A stretch of 64,000 nt of DNA from positions 1 through 64,000 of IMG/VR virus record IMGVR_UViG_3300009703_004110. One strand, written 5' to 3'. Below are positions 45,855 through 55,100 of the stretch, piece after piece. Positions within the stretch are counted from its first letter, which is position 1. Each line of letters starts with the position of its first letter. The position numbers were made by a program, and so were the translations under genes. The notes beneath the pieces were generated by a model. The model was not told where the DNA came from and searched no databases. It worked only from the letters and a program-made list of their open reading frames with translations.

Positions 45855-48316
45855 TTCTCGTTCCTCTTGATTTTGAAACCAGGCTCTGATGAATATATTC
45901 TGTATCTAGCCTGACTATGTTCTCTTAGATATTTACAGTTATCATAGAAGTCTACAACTGCTGCATTGATCTTTCCTTCATTACGTCTGATAACTCTTCC
46001 AATTCTTTGAAGAGCCCTGGCCGTCGACTTACCGGAGCCGGCCAAAATAAGAGCGTCTAACTCAGGTATGTCAATGCCTTGGTCAAAAATACGAGAAGCA
46101 ATCATGACATCTAAATCCCCGTCTCTCATCTGGCGGATAGCCTTCATGCGGTCCGCTGTGGAATTCATACCGTTGAGACTATTGACCTTCAAATTGGGAT
46201 CCAAAAAATCTTGAATCACTTTTCCGTGGTCAACCTTCGTCACCAGAATCAAAACCTTTCTTCCGGCATCTGACATTTTTTTAGCAACTTCTGCAATTTT
46301 GAAATTTCTATAATCATTGTTAACAATAAAGTTATTGTATACTTCTGGATAAGTTTTGCCAACGCCCCTGATTGTTGGAATGTTTATAAATGTAATGTAC
46401 GGCCTTACTAACCAGTTGGTGTCTATTAGTTCGGTCGCAGTAATGTCACAAAATTTTGGCCCGCTAACAGCTTCTATCAGAATGTCGTCGCCATTTTCTC
46501 GCCACGGCGTACCCGAAAGCAAGAACCTATGTCTAGCGGAAGCTGACTCTTTATGAAGAAACTGCACTGTCTCGGCCGCTGCATATTGGCATTCATCAAG
46601 AAAGAAAAGCTCTGCAGATCGGACAAGGTCTTTGACCGCCTCTCTCTTTTGCATATTCTTTGTAAGTGCCTTGCCCTTCGTACTATCTGAATCTAAGAGC
46701 TTAACTTTCTTGTTGAATGCCGAAGCAGCAGACCATATGGTTACAATGTTAATCCCATCCACTATGTCACATTGTCCATCGCCTACGATTCCACACTTTA
46801 CGCCAAGTGATTCTTCTATGGTTGACTTCATTTGATACAGTAATTCTTTTCCAATAACATAAACCACTGTTTTGACATTGTAATGTCCGGCGATCATCGC
46901 AATGACCAGAGATTTACCAGAATTATGTGTTACTGTAAAGTCGTCTAATAAATATCTATTATCTCCATCTACTTGGAATCCAAAATACTCTTGAACCCCG
47001 GCTTCCTCATAGGAAAAGTCGGTCCTTAGTACGCTCTTCTTCTGAAGTCGCTTCTTAGCACGCTTTCTTGCTAGTTTTGTTGGAATAATACTGCAGTCTC
47101 CAGATATGCTAACTCTAAAATATGTTCCAGTAAATCCAGTCGTTCTAATGCTCTTTTCGCATTTTTTTATATAAGCGGCTAGGCCGATACTTCTGGATAA
47201 GAAGCATACATCTTCAGCTAATTTTTTTGATTTTGATATATAATCAAATCCACCGTGCGACAAAGATCCATCTGAATCTAATAATCCTGCCAATATAGCG
47301 AGCCTATCTATTTTAGAGGCTGTTTTGTATTTTGCCGGAATATACTTATTTTTAGAGCCTAACCCAAGAAGTTTTAAATCTCGTAACTCATTTCTAAGTT
47401 TATTTTTATACTTACCACTTCCTTTAAAATAGTAAGTTATCCCGTTCTTTCTTATTTCTAAATTATATTTTTTTGCTATAGTGTGTATATAATTTGATAT
47501 AACCTCATCTGCTGTCGTTATTCCAACCTGACCTTTTAAGCTTCCATCACCAAGCAAAAGACCTAAAAAATATGGATCGGTAGCCAACTCTTCCCTTGCT
47601 TTAAAATCAATTGGTACCCTGAATAATTTATGAATATGCTTAAATGTCTTACTTTTATTCTCCCAATCAGAAAACTTTATATCTATTACATCGCCATTAA
47701 ACTTATTATTTATAGTTTTGTTTGTTCTTTGTAACGACAAAACATGTTCTTGGTTTATAATAAAACTATCGCCCTTTACAGGGTTTATTTTAACCATTCT
47801 GTCAGTTCCGGCACAAAGCTTTAGAACCATTCTAGGGGCACTATCCGGTCCCATTAGGCGATCACCAACCATGATATTTTCTACGGCTTTAATAGAGCCG
47901 TCATACATTAAAATCCCTTGGCCTTTAGCATGGCACCCGGTAGCTGCACGTAGGATTCCGCTTTCGGCTTTGATTGCCGCTTCCACAGCAGATATCTGAT
48001 AGTCTCTCGGAATAAAAACACTGCTTGGGTCAATAGCTATCGAGCTTCCATATTGTAAAGGATCACGCTGATCCACTATCTTATATTTGTACTTATTAAC
48101 TTTTAGGATGTTCTCAACCACATGAAGCATACCGATTGGGAATACACCATTTCTCTTGTTAAAGAGGCGGTATCTTCCGTCCCATCCAGTATGCTTTTTC
48201 ATGAACTGATAACTCTGCACCATATAACTAAGGTGCTTGTCAAGCTCACGCAGGACCTTCCCATCAGACAGGCCTGTTAGCTGACACTTTGAGTTATTTA
48301 CATAAATAGTGAGCAT
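45851..48316 (-). CDS. SF2 DExD/H-type helicase (UvsW-like), intein-containing
   Basis: PRDYQ, AATG|SGKS, DECQ, SGTP, QGIDIP, QRIGRVIR; start at MLTIY. Confidence 0.92.
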   Translation of the reverse strand: MLTIYVNNSKCQLTGLSDGKVLRELDKHLSYMVQSYQFMKKHTGWDGRYRLFNKRNGVFPIGMLHVVENILKVNKYKYKIVDQRDPLQYGSSIAIDPSSVFIPRDYQISAVEAAIKAESGILRAATGCHAKGQGILMYDGSIKAVENIMVGDRLMGPDSAPRMVLKLCAGTDRMVKINPVKGDSFIINQEHVLSLQRTNKTINNKFNGDVIDIKFSDWENKSKTFKHIHKLFRVPIDFKAREELATDPYFLGLLLGDGSLKGQVGITTADEVISNYIHTIAKKYNLEIRKNGITYYFKGSGKYKNKLRNELRDLKLLGLGSKNKYIPAKYKTASKIDRLAILAGLLDSDGSLSHGGFDYISKSKKLAEDVCFLSRSIGLAAYIKKCEKSIRTTGFTGTYFRVSISGDCSIIPTKLARKRAKKRLQKKSVLRTDFSYEEAGVQEYFGFQVDGDNRYLLDDFTVTHNSGKSLVIAMIAGHYNVKTVVYVIGKELLYQMKSTIEESLGVKCGIVGDGQCDIVDGINIVTIWSAASAFNKKVKLLDSDSTKGKALTKNMQKREAVKDLVRSAELFFLDECQYAAAETVQFLHKESASARHRFLLSGTPWRENGDDILIEAVSGPKFCDITATELIDTNWLVRPYITFINIPTIRGVGKTYPEVYNNFIVNNDYRNFKIAEVAKKMSDAGRKVLILVTKVDHGKVIQDFLDPNLKVNSLNGMNSTADRMKAIRQMRDGDLDVMIASRIFDQGIDIPELDALILAGSGKSTARALQRIGRVIRRNEGKINAAVVDFYDNCKYLREHSQARYRIYSSEPGFKIKRNEK
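46922..47935 (-). mobile_element. Intein with LAGLIDADG endonuclease in helicase Walker A
   Basis: G|CHAKGQ...LAGLLDSDG...VTHN|S; 338 aa. Confidence 0.93.
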
Positions 48317-48376
48317 GCGTTCTCCATACCTAGATTTTACTCTAGGCACGAAGAAATGCTTGAATTTATATGTAAA

Positions 48377-48910
48377 TCATTGAGATTTTCGTTTCGCCCG
48401 TCTCTTGATATCCCTTAGTTCTCTCTCGGTATCAACATAATATTCCCTAGTACCAAGTAACTTATCGATCCAGTCAAAACGTACTCCCCAATTCGATTCT
48501 TGGTTTGGCGCCATGTGATGAGCATAATGCCAAGGAAAATTGCGCCTTCCCCATTCTGGAAATTTATGGCAAAAAGTATGTGCCACAAAATAATGAACAG
48601 AGCATGCAAACAAGGCAAGAAATGCCCACGGTGCCAATAACAACAATGGCGTGTGCAGCAAAATTAACATTGTCAAAACTGCAATTTCTTTTCCGGAACC
48701 ATTTTTAAGTGTAAAGTTTGTTAATCTTTCATAGGCCGGATCTCTAAAGTCATTGGTTCTCGTATTTCTATGGTGATCGTGGTAATGAAAAGAAAGAACG
48801 CTTCGTTTGTTCTTTCCTAATCCATGAAGAATATATTTATGTAAAAACCATTCTAATCCAATGCTATATATAAACGCTAGAACTATCTGTGCTATAATGA
48901 ATGCCACCAC
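48377..48910 (-). CDS. Fatty acid hydroxylase / sterol desaturase family membrane protein
   Basis: His boxes HKYILH, HDHH, HTFCH, HYAHH; NWGV..DKLLGT. Confidence 0.85.
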   Translation of the reverse strand: MVAFIIAQIVLAFIYSIGLEWFLHKYILHGLGKNKRSVLSFHYHDHHRNTRTNDFRDPAYERLTNFTLKNGSGKEIAVLTMLILLHTPLLLLAPWAFLALFACSVHYFVAHTFCHKFPEWGRRNFPWHYAHHMAPNQESNWGVRFDWIDKLLGTREYYVDTERELRDIKRRAKRKSQ

Positions 48911-48937
48911 TTTCTGAACCTCCTTCTTTTAAAACGC

Positions 48938-48972
48938 AAAAAGTCCAACCACCAAACAGGTGATTAGACTTT
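48938..48972 (-). terminator. Rho-independent terminator after the tubulin-like gene
   Basis: Minus-strand AAAGTCTAATCACC-loop-GGTGGTTGGACTTTTT. Confidence 0.75.
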
Positions 48973-49002
48973 AAGTATTGGCATCGTGAATTTTCATTCC
49001 GA

Positions 49003-50424
49003 TTATCTTCTTCTCCTTCTCTTATCAATTATAGACTTTCTAGCTCCGCCCTGTAGACGATTAAATCCAGACTTCTTTTTCTTGATCTTTTGGTGGACTT
49101 TGTCTGCCATACTGGCAACCTTATCTTCCTCAAGGTCTAGCGTCATTTGTGAAGCCCTTGCCTTATCCTTGCCAGCAGCCACAGAATCTTGTGCTCTGCT
49201 TTCTTTGCGAAGATTTTCAATTCGATCCTGTGGTAGGCCGAGACCCGCGAACCACGTATAAATACGAATCTTATCTTCTGTCATATCAGGATCAGAGTAG
49301 ATACCCTGAAAGACGTTTGCCCCATTTGTTTCTTGCGAAATCATATGGAAACAATAGTCTATATTGACCGCAGGAAGTTCGTTTAATGCCTCCTCTGGCC
49401 CAACAATTATTACTCCGCCGGTACGTGTCTGAGTAAGATTGAATCCTTCTGCTAACATATTCCCGCTTAAACTTTCAATTACTGCTTCAGCTAAAGCTGT
49501 TTCTTCTAAGTAATCAGCTACTTCAATCATTCCGTATACAGAGCAGTCACCGCATGAAATTATTTTACCAAAATCAGATGGGTCCAACGATGTGTGACGT
49601 GATGCTTGAGCAGTTTTAGTATTGAATAGATGCAGTGGCTCTACAATTGCTGCGTTAGCAGTAGTCCAAAACTGAGCCTGTCCTAATCCTCCGTAGATAT
49701 TTTCAATTCTTGCATTATCTACGACGACAAGTGAAGAAATCATATTATCGGTTGTCTGGCGAGCAAGCCTCGCTAGCGTTTCGATTGCATTCTTTTTAGA
49801 TTGCGCATCCTCTGTCGCCTTCGGAAGAACATAAATAACTCCCACCGGCATTCCTAATTCAAATAACATTGGAATCATTGTGCTAACAGAGCTAGAGCCT
49901 GTTCCGCCTCCGCCAGACATGGCCAAGAAAATCATATCATTTCCATCGGCTATTCCGTCTACGAAGTCTCTCACAATATTTTCGCTTGCTTCAAATATTT
50001 CTCGTCCAAGATCTAGATCCTTACCTGTTCCGCCTAAACTTCCTTCCAAAAGAAGCTTTTGCGACGGTAGGACGTCAATAAACTTTAAGTCCTGAGCTGA
50101 CGTATTAATTACGCCCGCATCATAACCACATCTATGAAACTCTTCTGCGATCCTTGATCCGGCTTGGCCTACACCAACAATGCCTAAATTAATGCTAACT
50201 TCTTGGCTGGCAACTACGTCCATCATTGGTTCCTCCTTTGCTGCGCTAGGTTCATCAGTTCCTTCTTTTTTTGCTTTAAGTTTTGCTAAGATATCTGGAT
50301 TCATACCAGTACTCTCCTTTTCTTCGCTTGCGAAAGCTGCAAATAGATCCTGGTTATCTCGTGATACCTTGTCTTGTGATTTATTGCTTTCAATACGTTC
50401 TTTGGTTATTTTTACTTCTGACAT
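49003..50424 (-). CDS. Tubulin/FtsZ-family GTPase
   Basis: VGVGQAGSRIA, GGTGKD, GGGTGSS, VVDN, LDPSDF. Confidence 0.9.
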   Translation of the reverse strand: MSEVKITKERIESNKSQDKVSRDNQDLFAAFASEEKESTGMNPDILAKLKAKKEGTDEPSAAKEEPMMDVVASQEVSINLGIVGVGQAGSRIAEEFHRCGYDAGVINTSAQDLKFIDVLPSQKLLLEGSLGGTGKDLDLGREIFEASENIVRDFVDGIADGNDMIFLAMSGGGGTGSSSVSTMIPMLFELGMPVGVIYVLPKATEDAQSKKNAIETLARLARQTTDNMISSLVVVDNARIENIYGGLGQAQFWTTANAAIVEPLHLFNTKTAQASRHTSLDPSDFGKIISCGDCSVYGMIEVADYLEETALAEAVIESLSGNMLAEGFNLTQTRTGGVIIVGPEEALNELPAVNIDYCFHMISQETNGANVFQGIYSDPDMTEDKIRIYTWFAGLGLPQDRIENLRKESRAQDSVAAGKDKARASQMTLDLEEDKVASMADKVHQKIKKKKSGFNRLQGGARKSIIDKRRRRR

Positions 50425-51446
50425 TTTATATCTCCATATGCACGCTTAATTTGCTCATAGATTTTTGATGTACTTAAGACGGCTAACGGAACCAGCCTTT
50501 GGTCTTTACGTGTCGATTCTACGGAACACAAATATTGGGTGCCACACTTATTCATTGGTTGTAAATTAGTTGTTATAATCAAACAGTTGCAAGCCTGAGC
50601 CTCATAAAGACTCAAGCCCAATCCCTCTCGGGATGAGGGTGCTAAAACGCAATGACTTTCTTTATACAAATCAGCAATGGCACTACGATCTAATACCCCA
50701 TCTATAGTATGAATATTATCATGTTTTTCAATTATTCTCTGACTTTTTAAATTTTTAATTACACCAGATATTGTAAGTGTGGCGTCCGGATTATCTCTTT
50801 TTAGAAATCTATCGAATGCTTGGATCACCAAATCAGTATTTTTTGTTGAATATTCTGGATTTAAGCTGGCGGCATGGAAATACCTCACCGGGCCATCTTC
50901 CTTTTCTACCGGGGCGAATAAATCTCGGTCAACCAAATCCCACTCGACTCTTTGTGTGGCCTTATAATCTGAAAAATAATTGTGACATTGCTCGGTAAGA
51001 CACCATATCTGATCAAACATGATATAAGAATTTCCCTTTAATAAGTTAGGGCTAACCCACTCAATCATAGGAACGTCAATCATGTGTACATGATGCTTTC
51101 TTTTAACTTTATATATCCATTGAGATTTTTCCATTAAAGTTTCGAAAGAAATAATTGTATCAGAGTCATATTTAATAATAGCATTAGAAACCTGATTCTC
51201 TACTGTCTTTCTTTCGTCAAACCAATGAACAATTTCGCCATCTAATAGAGTCTCGTCGTTTGGCTTTAAATAATTACGATAAAAAATACTTCCGTCTAAT
51301 AAGTACTTAGACTTTGGAATATATATTACAGTGTGTCCTTGGCTCTTTAAAAGGTCTCCAAGTGACTTTGCTAAATAAAATAATCCAGACTCATGTAAGT
51401 ATGTTTTAATCAATATCGGTTTCGATGTTTCCAACTTTGGCAGCAT
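50412..51446 (-). CDS. GT-B (GT4-like) glycosyltransferase
   Basis: KNTD, PSSREGLGLSLYEAQAC (Ex7E). Confidence 0.85.
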   Translation of the reverse strand: MLPKLETSKPILIKTYLHESGLFYLAKSLGDLLKSQGHTVIYIPKSKYLLDGSIFYRNYLKPNDETLLDGEIVHWFDERKTVENQVSNAIIKYDSDTIISFETLMEKSQWIYKVKRKHHVHMIDVPMIEWVSPNLLKGNSYIMFDQIWCLTEQCHNYFSDYKATQRVEWDLVDRDLFAPVEKEDGPVRYFHAASLNPEYSTKNTDLVIQAFDRFLKRDNPDATLTISGVIKNLKSQRIIEKHDNIHTIDGVLDRSAIADLYKESHCVLAPSSREGLGLSLYEAQACNCLIITTNLQPMNKCGTQYLCSVESTRKDQRLVPLAVLSTSKIYEQIKRAYGDIKCQK

Positions 51447-52137
51447 TCATTCTCTCCAATGATTCTTCTTTCACAATATCTAAAGATCCGCGATGTTTGG
51501 CTTGTAACTCAGCTCTATTGGTTAGGGAATTTCCGTCCTTAACAACTGAGTACTGGTATAATACGCGATGGATATACTTTATTTTATATCGCTCCGAACA
51601 TCTTAACCACAGCTTATAATCCTCTCCAATCCACAGATCTTCATCAAATCCGTTAAGCTCCTCAAAGACATAGCGCCTCATAGTCACGCTACCCGAGGCA
51701 ACGTAATTTTGCCTCATTAGAGAGTCCCACGTTATATTAAGTGGGTGACGATAAAATGGGTGACACAATTTTGCTCTATCTACAAGTCTTCGATAATTTC
51801 CGCAGGTCATTCCGATTTCCGGATCTCTTTTGAATTCTGCAACACTCATATCTAGCTTGTGCGGCTCCCATATATCGTCATGATCTAAGAAGCTAATTAG
51901 CTCCCCGTTTCCAAACCTGGCCCCGTAATTTCTAGCTGCTGCAGGGCCTCTATTCTTGTCCAGTCTTACATACAAAGTTTTGCGATATTTTCTGACCAAA
52001 GGCTCAAAATCTTCTGTAGAACCATCGTCAACCACAATTACATTGAAATTTTTATAGGTTTGGGCCATACAACTATTTAGGGCTTCACGCAAATATGGGC
52101 CTGGATTGTGTACGGGTATGATAACATCAACCTTCAT
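51406..52137 (-). CDS. GT2 glycosyltransferase
   Basis: VIIPVHN, VVDDGS, GPAAARN, FLDHDD, GEDY. Confidence 0.93.
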   Translation of the reverse strand: MKVDVIIPVHNPGPYLREALNSCMAQTYKNFNVIVVDDGSTEDFEPLVRKYRKTLYVRLDKNRGPAAARNYGARFGNGELISFLDHDDIWEPHKLDMSVAEFKRDPEIGMTCGNYRRLVDRAKLCHPFYRHPLNITWDSLMRQNYVASGSVTMRRYVFEELNGFDEDLWIGEDYKLWLRCSERYKIKYIHRVLYQYSVVKDGNSLTNRAELQAKHRGSLDIVKEESLERMNAAKVGNIETDID

Positions 52138-52156
52138 CTTTATTTTTCCGTGAGAA

Positions 52157-55100
52157 TTATAGCGTTATACCAAGCATATTATTGTCAACAATAACAGATA
52201 ATCTATATATCCTTTCTGAGCGAGATATTTTTGCCTTTTTCTTTTTGATTTTAATTTTTTGCTTGAATTTTGGTGTAGTTAAATCTATACTACTGCGCGG
52301 AGACCAATCTGTTCGGCCTTGATATTTATATTCATATACAAAATCTCGTGGATCGCATCTGAGACTTTTTTTCTTAAATCTGTCTGGATCCAACTTGGTA
52401 AATCTCTTTCCACAGAGCACATATTTTGCTCTAAGTTTCGATTCTACGTGGGTCGCCCAAGCCGCATACATGTCGTCCATAGAATACCCAATGTGATATT
52501 CTGCGCCTCGTCCATATAAAGATGCCTCAACATTATCTAAAATATATCCATGATCTGATTGTACATAATGAAAATAACTTTGAGAGGCTATTTTCCAGCC
52601 AACTTCGGTATTGATCTCTAAGATTAACACTCCAGCTAGCGGATTCACATAAGAATCGATAGCCGCATTTTTGCCGACACCATTAATATGCTGGCAACAA
52701 CTTGTTTCTAGACCAATACTGAAGTGCAATGAATCATAAGTTCTAAGGGTTCTAAATCTAAATTTCTGTCCAATGGGCGCCCAATCAATCTTGTGAATAT
52801 CTGGCGATTTAATTTCTGTTTCTTCGTTATACTCAGAATACTCTCCAAACTCCTGAACACTCTTGAGGTCTGATAGGGCCGTTTCAATGAACCGCTTGTT
52901 TTCTTCAAAGTCTGGTTGCCCTGGCACTAACTTTGGTGGATTATTGCACAAAGTTATTAGCTTCTTAACTCTAGCGCCAAAACCTCTCTTAATATATCCC
53001 TGTTCTACCATAATTTTAGCCACAGGATATATTGTTTCCATTATTTTTCTATATCCACCAAGCCTCTTTAGTTGAGCACATGCTTCAAAGTATCGTCCGA
53101 CCAAGTGAATCTTTCCCCAGTTTTTAAAGTTCTGGCTCTTGAGCATATTTGCAAAGAAAGACTTTGGAAGACCTTCACCGCGATTATGGACAAAAGCGGC
53201 CATTCTAATAGCGGCACTTATCTTCTTTTTAAAGTTTCCCGGCACGCTTATTAGCGTATCTGGGAAATAAGTTTTAACCTCTTCGTACCCTATATTTCCT
53301 TCTGCGGCTCTCCAAGTTTGGTCCAAAACATTTCCCATTTCGATAAAATTATTATAGCTTGTAATACCAAGTACTTTGGCAGTTACTAATTTTGCATAGA
53401 ACATCGGAGGCATATCTCTAGGTTTTTTAGAGACCTCCCTATAAAACTCACTAACATCATCAATTGGATAAAGCTCGGTCATATCTGAAATTTTAGACGG
53501 ATACTCCATTTCTTTTGCCTTACCTTTTATCATTTCTTTGGCCCATACACTTATAGGGATGCCTTCGAGCCACGGCTTACCTTCGAGCGCTTTAAACTTT
53601 TTGAGGATTGTTCTTGGACCTACCGCTTTAAAAATCTGCCCTCTTTTTTTAGCTAATAACCTGTAGTTAACTTCTGCATGCATGAGTCTAAGCTCTTGGG
53701 CCAGATTTGGCAACGAATTTTTAATAAATGTTAGTTCTTTATTAAATCGAATGTTTCGTTCTATTTCTTGTCTAACTTTACCTAATATCTCATTAGTTCT
53801 TCGTTTTTTATCTTCTTCTCCGAAGGCGTACTCTAACTCTTTGTCTATAACGGCTTGAATGCTTTCATCAGGATATTGCTCAGGTAGTAATTCAAGTTCC
53901 GATGTTGTCTTAATAAGCCCTTCTAAATCTTCGCCTCTAAAAGGCTGTCTTGAGAAATAATCTTTATTAAAAATACTAGTCCCTCTATTTTCATTTCTTT
54001 TATTTATAATATTGACTAAGGAGCTTTTTATATTTTTATGGATCTTTTCTAAATGTCTCGGCTTATCATATCTTCTTACATTTCTAAATCCAGATGCCAT
54101 CCATCTATCAAAATCTTTTATCTCATTATTGAATCTGTTATAGCGAGTTTCTTCTTCTTCATTTATATTTCCATCTAAAAAGTCAGAAATTAACCTTTCT
54201 TTAGAAAAATAATTGTGACTGACTAAATTTGTAACACTGGAATATCTCTCTTCTAGTGCAGTAACCTGATTCATTTCTTCTTTGGAATCTCTATATGGAA
54301 GTTCTCTAACTGAGGCAAAGACCATTTTCTTTTTTAAAACAGTAATTAATCTTGGTTTTAAAAACTTCTTCTTACTCAGAATATGCGTGGTGATATCTGC
54401 GATGTCTCTGCTTTTTATAGTTATATATCCTCTTTTGATTAACTTTTCTAATTCAATATTGAAATTATCATCTAAAGAACTTAATGATCCGGTAATTGTA
54501 TCTACAATTTTTTCTCCAAGAATTTGTGAGCTAGTAGACATCATATCGCCCGAAAGAGTTTTATCTTTAAACAAGAATTTTGGATAATTAAGTGCTGATA
54601 TATACAAAATTCTATTTTCTGGATCAAACTTAGTCCAATTAGATACTAGTGACTTTGCAACTTCAGGAGATATGTTAGACCCCCTTAGGTCCTCTACACT
54701 ATATCCCGTTGCTTCTCTGATAACTTCATCTATTATAATTTTTGAAGCTTGATCTCTAGCAGGTTGAAGAATTCTCTTAGTAACATCACTAACCACACTA
54801 TTAAATATATCAGATATTAAATATGCAAAGTTTTCAATAATGGAGATCTGAGTATGTTTGCCATGTAAAATAGATATCAGATTAAATTTCTTTAAATTTT
54901 CTTCGTCTGATCTTCTGTAACTATCAGTTTTATAAAATCCTGACTGATTATGATAATAAGAATAACCTGTTGCTATATCCTTTTCTTTTTCAATTTCACT
55001 GGCAAATAAAAGATATTTTTCATGTATTTCATCTTGCATATGCTTTATCACGCTATTTGCTATACGCGCTCTAGCTCCGCTTTTACTTTTCAGTACTTTG

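Noticed and set aside
49003-50424. Calling this host ftsZ and the window a bacterial chromosome
   Set aside because: No dcw cluster context, a divergent signature motif, and surroundings of fibres, lysozyme, homing endonucleases and orphans typical of a large phage.
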